A stretch of DNA of 64,000 nt from Laetmonice hystrix (taxonomy: Eukaryota). A program made the position numbers and the translations under genes. The first letter of the stretch is position 1, and each line of letters starts with the position of its first letter. Shown here one piece after another: positions 54,939 to 64,000 of the stretch. Below the pieces are notes generated by a model. The model saw only the letters and a program-made list of their open reading frames with translations. It was not told the origin of the DNA and did no database searches. The stretch lies in the NCBI GenBank assembly GCA_965235115.1, contig OZ249440.1, forward strand, positions 13,454,001-13,518,000. The letters run 5' to 3'.

Positions 54939-57900
54939 CTGGGGTTACCATTACAATGTATATATATTCAGGCTACCTTTAATCATAAATATGGAGGAAA
55001 TATTGCGTCAAATTTCAAAGCATTGTGTTATTGTCTGTTACAGGGCAAACGGACTGGTGGTGGCAACGTGCATATTCTGACAGTGCATGACTTAGGATGC
55101 AATCGTAAGTACAGTTTTATACCTCAGACATTGGTTACCTGGGGGTCAGATGATATTCGGTCCTTTAATACACTTCCTACTTTAGCCCTCGTCACCCTGG
55201 CAACCCGTGACGTGACGTCCAGCAGTATGAAGACGTCAGCGTGGTCTAATTGTCAGTCATGTCATCTCCCAGGGAGCGGAGGGGGGCTACAGTCCGCTCA
55301 GGTCTGCTGAGAAATCAGTCTGTACCAGGAGGCCAGTGTCAGGTGTCTTGACTTGTCGCCTAACGAGATGGCTAGCGCATCATGTGTCGGTGACTATATC
55401 ACTGGGGGATCCAGGGGGGCCCAGGGGCCCGGGCCGCCCCTTAAATTTTCCTTTCCCCAACCTTTTTTTTAAGAAGATGCATTATTCCGACCCTGAAACC
55501 AGGATTCCAACAAAATTCATTTAAAAAGCCTCCTATATTGTATGTGATAGTCACATCGGGCCCAAAATTTGGGCCTCCTCAGTCATCCACGAGCAACATA
55601 GGCCTAACTCTGGGCCATGCAGCATTTAAATAGACCAAAATGGCCATATTCATAATAAAAGCATGCCGAGCGTACCGAGGCTAAAATTTTTTTAGGTGGG
55701 CCCCCCCTTATCAAAATCCTGGATCCCCCACTGTATATCAATCAAACAGCTAGTCTACAAGATGTTACATTCACTGCTGCTGGTCCTGGTCAGAATTTCC
55801 CTCAATCATTGATTGCGATGACAGAAATCGTTGACGTTGGAGAGTTTTACCACGAGGCGAACGTTGGATACGACACCGACGCCGGATTTTGCCCCCCCCC
55901 CTCCCCCAACGACAGGTGTAACAGCGGCATATTTTATGACCGGTGTCGGTGAGAGTATGTTTAAAAAAGTAACATTAAATTGGCATCGGCACAAGTGCAT
56001 CATTCACTGTCAAACCGGCGTGATTTTCGCCAATAATCGACCATACAAAGTCAAGCGGTGATCCATGCAGCACTCGTGGTATTTGTAAGTAAACGGTGGA
56101 ATTCATTCTGCAGCATTAATTTTCGGTCACTCTAGTGTTATTGGGGAGGAGGTACATCCTTTAAACTCCAATCGCACGGCGGTTCACCAACTTTAGTGTG
56201 TATGACTCCTTAAAGACGGGTTTCTAGTCTGTCGCTCAAACTTGGACCAATGCTGATCTGTCAGGAAAGTTCTAACTCTAGTCGGTGGTTTGAGCAAGGG
56301 TCGGACGAGGAACAGTAAACCGGCCTTGATCGAAGTTTTCCTATTCCTGTACCCTTTGACCGGTCGATGAAGAAGTCATATTGTGATGGCTTGGAGCACT
56401 TTGTGGATTAGGGAGTCAGTCGACCGTGTCGCCATGACAACTGAATGTGGCAATGACAGTCTGGCGGCGTCACTCATGTGGAGTGTAATTTGTATCGGAG
56501 AATCACATTTGATGATTTATGTATGTGATATGGATTAACAGCAGTGTACGCCTGACGGGATGATGGACGATTTCCGTACCCGTTTTTGCTCATCACTTGT
56601 GGATGGGAAATCAGTTGTGCTTACAGTTAATACTGGTTTGTGCCGGTAGGGGGCGTGTGTTGGATATCAACCGTCAAGTCTAATAAAAGGTTTCATTCCA
56701 TCAGATTTGTAATATGTTGAATCAGTATAAGGGAATTTGTATAATAAAAAAACATGTAACTTTGTATTTTTGAACATATCGAATGGAGTATAATTAAGCT
56801 TTTCATGATTAAGAATGTTGCAAAATAAAGGATATTATTGAGTATCAATATTTGCAAATTTCTGCACCAATATGTAGCAGGGAAGTAACAACGTTCTTCA
56901 AGAATTTATATCTTCAGTTGGTGTTCTCCTGTGATCAGCAGTGTAAATCTTGTTATTTGTTTTTCGGACAAATATTACACAATGTTGTCCTTAGAGGAAC
57001 TGCATGCCTCAGAAAAAGAATCTTGCCACTTGAAATTTCAAGCTGAATGAGCAAATGATTTCTCACGTTTTTCAGGAGACAGGAACAATGATTCATTCTG
57101 GACTTAATTTGATGTACATTGATTTTTTTTCTGAAATAATTTTCAGAACTGTTCATCTTTTATATTCCATCAACAATTACCATAACGTCCTGAATGTCTC
57201 TCAGAAAAAAATAGGGCCGGAATGTTGGTACATTATGTGAGGTTGTTATGAGGCACATTAACATAGGTACTGCATTTGAAAACCGTCTTAGATTATGAGT
57301 TGATCTTTATAACTGTCATTGACCGTAAAGACACAGATGAGAAGTCTCGCTATACGTGTTTCCAGACACGCAGTACATGGACTTTGTTGGGCATCCCAAG
57401 ATGCAACAGATCCGGGAGCGGACGGTTTGGGTCCACGTGAACATACCGGGTCAATCACCTGACGCCCCCGACCTTCCGCCCAAGTAAGTCTCCACACCTC
57501 CTACATCCAATCAATGTTTTAGACGATACGTCTCTGGCATAGAGGATGTCTCTGGTCTAAGGCCTCATGTTTAACTGCCGGGTGGTTGGCCGGGGTTTTT
57601 GTATCCTTTAACGCTTCATAATGGGATAGACCTTGGCCTCTACATGTAACCTGAATTATGGTAACGTTGTGATATTGTATCATCAGTGTATCATGAGTTC
57701 GCCATCCCCTACCGTCAGTGTGCATCGAAACAGACTGACATTTTAGTCCTTTTTCCAACCGTTATAATACGGATTTCTGATAACAGAAATTATTAAAGGA
57801 TTAAATAGCATATCCCTGTTATGAAAGATACTTAAGAATAGAAATAGATGGAAGTACTTTTATGTTCTTCCAGTTATGTCTTCCCAACAATGCAGAGGCT

Positions 57901-58802
57901 CGGCGAAGAGCTTATATCGGTACTCGACCATTTCAAGTAAGTCAGATGTACTTGACTTATTTTTGTATGATTTACCTGACTGGAATATAGAATAAACCGA
58001 CTGGTAAGTTGGTAAGTCTGACTACGGCCTGCTGAATATACACCTAATGATGCGTGGACGTATGTTTGCCCGAGTTATTGTCCAAGTTGAGCTAGTTGCA
58101 GTAACCCTGAGATTGCAGTACCTGTATGAAGGAGTTTGTTGTTTACTTAGAATCAAGGACGTGGTCGTATTTGGGGAGGGCGCCGGCGCCAACATCCTCG
58201 CCAGGTTCGCGGTCAGTGTTCATTGACGTTACGTCAAACTCGCAAAAGGGATTTGACTAAAAGAGGCACCTAAACCATGCCGCAAAACCTGACGTACACT
58301 TGAGCTGTTAACCTAATTAAATTGAAAGTTTTTTTTACAGGTTAATGGGACTTAGGATTAGGTGTTGAGGTGATAGATCTTTCGTTCTTAGACAGAAATG
58401 TCTTAGAGATATTACCATCTGGGATTTATAATGTAAAACTCCCGACCTCGTAATAATACTTGGTAATGACAGGACCACGTTTTTATAGTGTGTGTTTATT
58501 CCGGTAGGTGGCGCACATTGAGCGTATCCTGGGTATCTGTCTCATGCACTGCACGGGCACGACAGCCGGCTTTCTCGAGTCTCTCAAGGATAAAGTAAGT
58601 TTTAGGGCTACAGGCATCGTTTGATGGTCTTAAAGACAGAGCTTTGACAGTCGTCAAAATCTCCTGAGGTCTACGACCTTGTACAAACGTTAAACGGGTT
58701 GATTAATCGTGCGAGTTGTTTCAGGTGATCAACTGGAAGTTGGACAACATTGGCATGAACCCGACGGCTGAGGCATACCTCGTCCTTCACCGATACGGCT
58801 CG
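14164..58802 (+). CDS. NDRG-family alpha/beta-hydrolase-fold protein (ZK1073.1-like), first 8 exons, 198 aa; 3' part beyond the window
   Basis: Exons: 14164-14187 (MATPEKDQ), 25351-25452 (..HEVTCPTIGKLDVYVQ), 55044-55104 (GKR..ILTVHDLGCN), 57366-57483 (HTQYMDFVGHP..VHVNIPGQSPDAPDLPP), 57874-57936 (YVFPTMQRLGEEL), 58151-58211 (VVFGEGAGANILARFA), 58508-58594 (..GICLMHCTGTTAGF), 58725-58802 (..GMNPTAEAYLVLHRYGS). All GT-AG and in phase. The motifs TVHDLGxNH, HVxxPGQ and GxGAGANILARFA are NDRG hallmarks. Exon 1 is the least certain. Confidence 0.87.
15130..23830 (+). repeat. ~8.7 kb C-rich tandem array, 55-bp monomer with 51-bp variant, ~160 copies, ~2 kb higher-order repeat
   Basis: Monomer ggccccagtgttctcaccccgaccccaccaccgtgactgagtccctccccctcca; the short variant has ccgtgagt. 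Identical pseudo-ORFs recur at offsets of 544, 1992 and 1994 bp. Confidence 0.97.
25845..26440 (+). repeat. Modular tandem repeat (~47-62 bp units)
   Basis: Recurring gggtgcaggttgagaccagacctgttttca.tg.atgcagtttgtggtc with alternative linkers (agacgtacgtcctt or cct), decaying leftwards. Confidence 0.85.
27990..28640 (+). repeat. 27-bp minisatellite, ~22 copies
   Basis: Unit cagtacattgccctggcctgaagcacc; source of the STLPWPEAP and ASGQGNVLG pseudo-ORFs. Confidence 0.95.
32697..32910 (+). repeat. Degenerate 31-bp tandem repeat
   Basis: Unit cattgacagtggagccagatgtttacagtgt, near-perfect at 32821-32910 and degenerate upstream. Confidence 0.8.
34585..34662 (+). repeat. CT/TG-rich microsatellite tract
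   Basis: tctgtctgtc...tctctccctctctccctctctctgtctctctc seen directly. Confidence 0.8.
35310..35630 (+). repeat. 20-bp minisatellite, ~16 copies
   Basis: Unit cacttagatccactcaaaca. Confidence 0.95.
36255..36990 (+). repeat. 35-bp minisatellite, ~21 copies
   Basis: Unit ttgtctaattcaccatttgatgacctcggcaggcg. Confidence 0.95.
37165..38090 (+). repeat. C-rich 15-18 bp minisatellite
   Basis: Unit cccgtca(g/a)tccctgctc with variable C-runs; source of the Pro-rich ORF 37041-38114. Confidence 0.95.
40853..41985. repeat. ~130-bp satellite with an inverted block (40853-41054) facing ~6 forward copies (41215-41985)
   Basis: 40853-41054 is the reverse complement of the unit attttgtgtggtggcgttggttgtgtccatgtccat..ggtatgaagtccgttattatcgcagtctgtggcc.gaggctcgtctaca..gttattctatattta. 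The AT-rich spacer contains 12-bp tatttatttcta repeats. Confidence 0.92.
42281..42312 (+). other. Candidate recursive splice site (ratchet point), AG|GT at 42306/42307
   Basis: gaatcccttttatttatcttttacag|gtaagt: a polypyrimidine tract and CAG fused to a perfect 5' splice consensus, inside the 29.6 kb sense intron. Confidence 0.6.
43047..43175 (+). repeat. 26-bp tandem repeat, ~5 copies
   Basis: Unit tgaattctgatccgtcacatgaaacg. Confidence 0.85.
44395..44850 (+). repeat. 50-bp minisatellite, 9 copies
   Basis: Unit gactgatgaagt(a/g)atcagcaaacctttccgtaggccgacacaatcaccaa at exact 50-bp spacing from 44401. Confidence 0.96.
45285..46010 (+). repeat. 86-92 bp tandem repeat, 8 copies, each with an AP-1 consensus TGAGTCA
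   Basis: Unit ctggagggtaaatgtactgagctaggtttaatgagtcatccagttcggctggggtgactacgggactggg.aaggtggggtggggag. Confidence 0.93.
46172..47340. repeat. 36-bp self-complementary minisatellite, ~32 copies
   Basis: Unit ggccgtcaccccagctggtggtgggagggtgacgac; stop-free in four frames, which explains four 400-475 aa pseudo-ORFs. Confidence 0.97.
49140..49640 (+). repeat. ~35-bp minisatellite, ~14 copies
   Basis: Unit ggtcagggtcctcctacccgagcgggacagtaaat, decaying at the 3' end. Confidence 0.92.
51090..51440 (+). repeat. ~74-bp tandem repeat, 5 copies (one truncated)
   Basis: Unit tgattactgacaggtattgtttatcccctgtataagtaatgtttactgccgtagttttggtgtaaggatagaat. Confidence 0.92.
52490..53450 (+). mobile_element. 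Non-autonomous Helentron/DINE-1-like (HINE-type) interspersed element, boundaries approximate
   Basis: 5' ttaacccccaac...acccgaagggt hairpin followed by a ccgttcgtacgtccgtacgtcc microsatellite; internal tgacctt..aaggtca motifs; gttggggga near 53433 is complementary to the 5' cccccaac. The layout resembles DINE-1/HINE elements (from family knowledge, not a search). Confidence 0.45.
54905..54938 (+). repeat. (TTTA)n microsatellite
   Basis: tatttatttatttatttatttatttattta seen directly. Confidence 0.9.
55400..55733. mobile_element. MITE with ~16-bp terminal inverted repeats
   Basis: Left cactgggggatccagg, right cctggatcccccactg (15/16 inverted match), flanked on both sides by TATAT (55395-55399, 55734-55738). 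The TIR resembles common invertebrate CAGTGGCGGATCCAG-type elements. Confidence 0.75.
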
Positions 58803-59616
58803 GTGAGTACTACAGGCGTCCAGCGGGACACTCAATGGGTCGGGACTAGAACTTCTAGATCGTGAACAGTCCTGTCTTACTGAGTGAACATTTCGTTCAT
58901 CATGTACAGAATGTTCGTGAGACTTAGTAAACGGACTTTCTAGGCTAATGGAAACACTGAGTAGGATAAAAACTGACTTTACTTTGATTATTGCCATTTG
59001 AATGGATGGCGCTGAAAACTACGTGAACGATATTGGACCCGTGAGCGCGATTCCTGAAATGAAAGAGTGGCGCTCATACCGTTCAAGGCTTTTTCTGGAA
59101 CTGAACCTTGCTGAAATGAGCGAGGAGTTTTCAGTGGAGGGTTGGTGAGGGCCCGAGGCCCACCACGGCATCCGTGTCAATGTTCAGTTTATGTGGAGCG
59201 TGACATGGTCATTTTTGTTACCTGACCAGTTTGACCGTATTCTCCGAGATTTTGAAATTGATGAATGGTGTTATCAAAAATTTTAGTGGACACACTCTCC
59301 TTATCCCCTGATTCTAACCTCCTTTCTCCGAGGAAGGCCTACTTAAAAGGTCTGTAAAACCATATTTGCTCGATTTTCATTGTCATTTCTGATTTTTAGT
59401 TAAAGAACCCCCCCCCCCCCCAAAAAAAAAAAAAGAATAAAAGAGGAACTGATTAGGACAAAGGTATGTAAAGACGCTAATGTTTTCTACATATCAAGTG
59501 ATAATTTCAGTTCAATAAAACAAGAACTGTGTTGACTTGATCAAATGTTTGCAGCCAAGGAGTACATGATGCCATGGACTATTGTGTCTGTAGGCGCCGA
59601 TCTTTGAGAACCTGTT

Positions 59617-59647
59617 TGGTTGGTTGGTTGGTTGGTCGGTTGGTTGG
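59617..59647 (+). repeat. (TTGG)n microsatellite
   Basis: ttggttggttggttggttggtcggttggttgg seen directly. Confidence 0.85.
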
Positions 59648-59794
59648 ACGGGATGGAGCCGGCCTAGCCTCACACTACCTGCTTGACGATCATATACCAA
59701 TGCTATGATTTCTCAATGTTCTGTTTTATTCTCCGCTCTTTTCCATGTTTGTACGCTGATGCTCTGCCCCCCTGGTGTGTGGCCTTGCAAATAG

Positions 59795-59806
59795 TCGGCA
59801 CCCGAG
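59795..59806 (+). CDS. Candidate 12-nt in-frame microexon (SAPE) of the NDRG-like gene
   Basis: ccttgcaaatag|TCGGCACCCGAG|gtaaagta, preceded by a ~125-nt AG-free pyrimidine-rich zone. Phase 0/0 matches the upstream exon end. Confidence 0.5.
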
Positions 59807-61743
59807 GTAAAGTACACCCTGTCCCTGACAGAGGCCTCACCTGCAGCAGCAGCCAGTTCGACATGTCACCTACCGCAAACACTGCTGTTTGGAGTAGTCC
59901 TCTCTTTTTTTTATCTTTTTGATAAGCTGGCTGCTTTCTTTCTTTGCTTACTTTTTTTAAAATTCTCGACCTGTTTTATACATTTTACAGATAGTGTTTC
60001 CATGGTGATGGCACTAGCAGCCCCATGTTCCCTGACCAACACCCACCCCCATCATGTGACACTATTGGTTGTCAATGACAATAGGTTTTTCATATGCTTT
60101 GATATTTTCTTTCCCCATCTCCTTGGATTGATTTTCTTCAGTGTTGAATATCTTTACCCGAGCCCCGAAAATCTGGCGGTAGACGTAGCAAGCAAGGCGC
60201 CCCCTACTGGTGTCTGACTGAGTGAGAGTTTTTAAGTCCTGTCCTGTCACACACTCACCACTCTTCTCCGCACTGATTTCTGTTAGACGTTATTTACATC
60301 ATTGTAAGTTTGAAGTAAGAATTGCCTGTGTTATCCAATACTATCAAATCAACACTTTTACGAAAGCTTATCCTGAATTTTTATTTAAGATCTTGAATGT
60401 GTTAGAAACGACAACTGTGGTATATAAGTATAACTACACAGAAATGATAGTTATATCGTGCTGTAATAAGATCTAGTTAGACTGCCTGTCATGAAGTGAC
60501 ACTACAAATAGTTAACTTTAAGGAAAGGTTTTCAATAAGAAGCATAGAGCCTTAGACATTGTGGGTATGTTGATGATTTCATTGACCTTCGAGTAAGACT
60601 TTTTCTAGATTTAAGTACATTTAAGAATATAAGATTCTCATCCAAGTTTATTGGCCCTAACTGTCTAACTGACTACAATAACAACCCGTACTATATGGTT
60701 CGGAGGACGGGAGGGAGGGTGGGGTTATAATTGGATTTTTCTGTCGTATATTTTGATATATTTAGTTTTAAATTCAGTTGTTGTGCACTGAGCAAGGTTA
60801 GATTAGTGTCACAGTTTGGTATGACGCCATCTGGACAACCTACACCGAATGTCAGTGTGTGTGTGATTGATTTTTTCGGCCTCTCTACCAAATGGAATGG
60901 AAACGGGAACACACTTCACTGTGAAATCCTACTGAAGTTGGTGCTGTGAAGTCAATTAAAAATACCTAGATATAGCTTTGGAAATCTGTTTTTTGTCCAG
61001 TTTTGAATGCAGTATACGTAGTTGTAGTGTAGGCCTAGACTGAAGCACCAACATATTGCCCGCTCTGTGTTGTTCTTCACAATTTTACAGCATCCTAGTA
61101 AAGAAAGTGTTGCTTCAAATTTCTAAAGATTGGGTAAAGTATACTGTGTAAGTGCATCAAAATACAAATTGATTAGATAATATTGCATTGTTTCATTAAA
61201 GGATGGACATCATAAGAATCATTTATTTAATATGATAGTTTAAAAATAAGTTTCACACCCATCTGTATATGTTAAGTAAACAAGATAGGTATTGTATCTT
61301 TCAAGTTGAACATTGATATTTTATATTAGGTAGTATTTATGTCTGTGTTATAAATCTGTCAATCATTAATCTTAATTAGTCATTTGGCCTCAGAGGAAAG
61401 ATTTGCATATCGTCTTGGTTAGCTAAAGCGGATCAGTTAGGTTCGGTGTTCCGTGACGTAATGCTTCAGTGGACACTGATATATTTTAGTCCTGCATTGC
61501 TTTCAAGTGAAAATGTTGTTGCTTGATAATAATGCCCCTTTAATGGAACCCGACTTTATTTTTTGATAACTGTTTCCGCCCAAAAGTGTTCCCTGAAGTG
61601 TTCCTTTAAATGGATAATTCCTCCACCCACCTTCCTGTTCCATTACAATGCTGCGTCTGTGGCCTCATTTTTTGTTAATACAAGACTTTCGCTCTCGTTT
61701 CTCTGGGCGTGCTGTTGTCTTACTCTGCTGCTTACATCTGTAG

Positions 61744-61755
61744 CCTGAGATCGAG
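61744..61755 (+). CDS. Candidate 12-nt in-frame microexon (PEIE) of the NDRG-like gene
   Basis: ctgctgcttacatctgtag|CCTGAGATCGAG|gtaaagta, preceded by a ~57-nt AG-free pyrimidine-rich zone. Same donor octamer as the 59795 candidate. Confidence 0.5.
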
Positions 61756-62504
61756 GTAAAGTAACCCCCAGTGCGGCACAGTCCATTTCTTCCTCTCTCC
61801 TGTGTCGACAATATGTTACCAAGATTTGGTTCACCCCTACCCCGATTGTTTTCACGCACCACGTGACTCTATGACGTAGACGACCCGAAAAGTCCTCACT
61901 AATCGAGACTTTCTTTTTTTTACCTTGTTCACCAATTCGGAAGAGTCTGTTTGTGGGTTATACCAGTGTACATATGTCCACATCAGTATACTCATTATGA
62001 TTTGAAATATATGGAGCCCTAAATATGCTGAATTATATTATAAATTCATGGGCGTATATTTGCAGTCACAAAACTTACCCGGGTTCGTACAAAAGTCATA
62101 GGTATGACTTTTGATTTGAGGGCACGACTTTCTAATTCGTGTGCATAGTAATGTTTCAGCATGTGCCCTTAGTACTCGATTGCATTTAAATACAGAAAAC
62201 ACTGCAGTTACAAATAGACTCTTCCTATAAATAATTGATTCGTCTCCTGTTGACTTCCAGATGAGCACTGGCCCGACCCCGATTTCATGTAGTAGTCCTT
62301 ACACACTGTGCACAGTTTTCAGGGTTTACGGATCACCGGTCCATTGGACCATAGAGAGGAAATCATAATGATCGTTTTGGGTCAAGAACAATTTGCGCTT
62401 GTCGGGAAGCTATCATGAGAATATTTGGTCTAATGTAGCGGCTAGGAATCAGATAAAATTTTTGAGGGGATAAAATTCTTTCATTGAGGTAAAGGTCAAT
62501 TTAT

Positions 62505-63660
62505 TGGACGGGACAATGGTTTATCATGTAAAATGTCAGTTTATAGGAGGGGACAATGACTTATAATGTAAAGTTAGTTTATAGGAGGGGACAATGACTT
62601 ATAATGTAAAGTTAGTTTATAGGAGGGGACAATGACTTATAATGTAAAGTTAGTTTATTGGAAGGGACAATGACTTATAATGTAAAGTTAGTTTATTGGA
62701 AGGGACAATGACTTATAATGTGAAATGTCAGTTTATTGGAGGGGACAATGACTTATAATGTAAAGTTAGTTTATTGGAAGGGACAATGACTTATAATGTG
62801 AAATGTCAGTTTATTGGAGGGGACAATGACTTATAATGTAAAAGGTCAGTTTATTGGAGGGGACAATGACTTATAATGTAAAAGGTCAGTTTATAGGATG
62901 GGACAATGATTTATAATGTATAAAATGTCAGTTTACTGCAGGGGACAGTGACTTATACTGTAAAAGGTCAGTTTATAGGAGGGGACAATGACTTCTAATG
63001 TAAAAGGTCAGTTTATAGGAGGGGACAATGACTTCTAATGTAAAAGGTCAGTTTATTGGAGGGGACAATGACTTATAATGTAAAAGGTCAGTTTATCGAA
63101 GGGGACAATGACTTATAATGTATAAAATGTCAGTTTACTGCAGGGGACAATGACTTATAATGTAAAAGGTCAGTTTATAGGAGGGGACAATGACTTATAA
63201 TGTAAAAGGTCAGTTTATCGAAGGGGACAATGACTTATAATGTATAAAATGTCAGTTTACTGCAGGGGACAATGACTTATAATGTAAAAGGTCGGTTTAT
63301 AGGAGGGGACCATGACTTATAATGTAAAAGGTCAGTTTATAGGAGGGGACAATGACTTATAATGTAAAATGTCAGTTTATAGGAGGGGACAATGACTTAT
63401 AATGTAAAATGTCAGTTTATAGGAGGGGACAATGACTTATAATGTAAAAGGTCAGTTTATAGGAGGGGACAATGACTTATAATGTAAAATGTCAGTTTAT
63501 AGGAGGGGACAATGACTTATAATGTAAAATGTCAGTTTATAGGAGGGGACAATGACTTATAATGTAAAGTAAGTTTATTGGAGGGGAATGACTTAGAATG
63601 TAAAGTTAGTTTATTGAAGAGGACAATGACTTATAATGTAAAGTTAGTTTGTTGAACATT
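62505..63660 (+). repeat. ~40-bp minisatellite, ~28 copies
   Basis: Unit aggggacaatgacttataatgtaaaaggtcagtttatagg with aaagttag and aaaatgtcag variants. Confidence 0.96.
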
Positions 63661-64000
63661 GACTTATAATGGTAGTTATCTTCTTATGTCTAATAAGCAG
63701 AGTTTCTTAGAAAGATCTTAAGATAACTTACTTGTTCCTTATAAGGTTTCTTTTTCTCCCCTGGGTAGATTTTTTAATATCAAATGTATCGTTCATATTT
63801 CTAGAGGAGAGATTTTAGAAAATTCTGCAGAATTAATTTTTGGGTAATAGCCTTACTGCTGCAATAGGAGAGAAAATAGAATTTGACCGTACCTGTTGTT
63901 AGTTTAAGGACAGTGTGAGAAAGGATATCTTTGAATACAGATAAGACAGTAATCATGCCGTTTCGTTTGGCATCGGTTTTCTTTCTCTTCCATGACCAGA

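Noticed and set aside
1890-59420. Frequent poly-G/poly-C runs of 10 or more bases
   Set aside because: Scattered without pattern; probably a genome-wide compositional trait, and run lengths are prone to sequencing error.
62261-62370. Acceptor gacttccag|ATGAGC as the next NDRG-like exon
   Set aside because: The translation has no NDRG resemblance, has no good donor and ends in a stop. The next constitutive exon is probably beyond the window.
1-64000. tRNA, rRNA or snRNA genes
   Set aside because: No cloverleaf, box A/B pair or recognisable structural-RNA sequence was seen by eye; a covariance-model scan would be needed to exclude them.

Overview
Intron-rich animal DNA, most likely an invertebrate bilaterian (inferred). 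Three spliced genes were reconstructed by hand with GT-AG boundaries and consistent phases. (1) The last two exons of an uncharacterised + strand gene (566-927, 3608-3862). (2) A complete 16-exon CFAP99 on the - strand (6798-13161, 665 aa). (3) An NDRG-family alpha/beta-hydrolase-fold gene (ZK1073.1-like), head-to-head with CFAP99 about 1 kb away (8 exons from 14164 to 58802, continuing past the window). The NDRG-like introns 1 (11.2 kb) and 2 (29.6 kb) hold about 14 tandem arrays, including an 8.7 kb 55/51-bp array with ~2 kb higher-order structure, plus non-autonomous transposon-like elements. The most interesting signals are in the splicing of the NDRG-like gene: a consensus recursive-splicing (AG|GTAAGT) site with cryptic RS-exon donors in the 29.6 kb intron, two twin in-frame 12-nt microexon candidates, and about 160 decoy splice acceptors in the intron-1 array. 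Nearly all long ORFs in the supplied track are repeat artefacts. All homology calls come from remembered motifs, not from searches.
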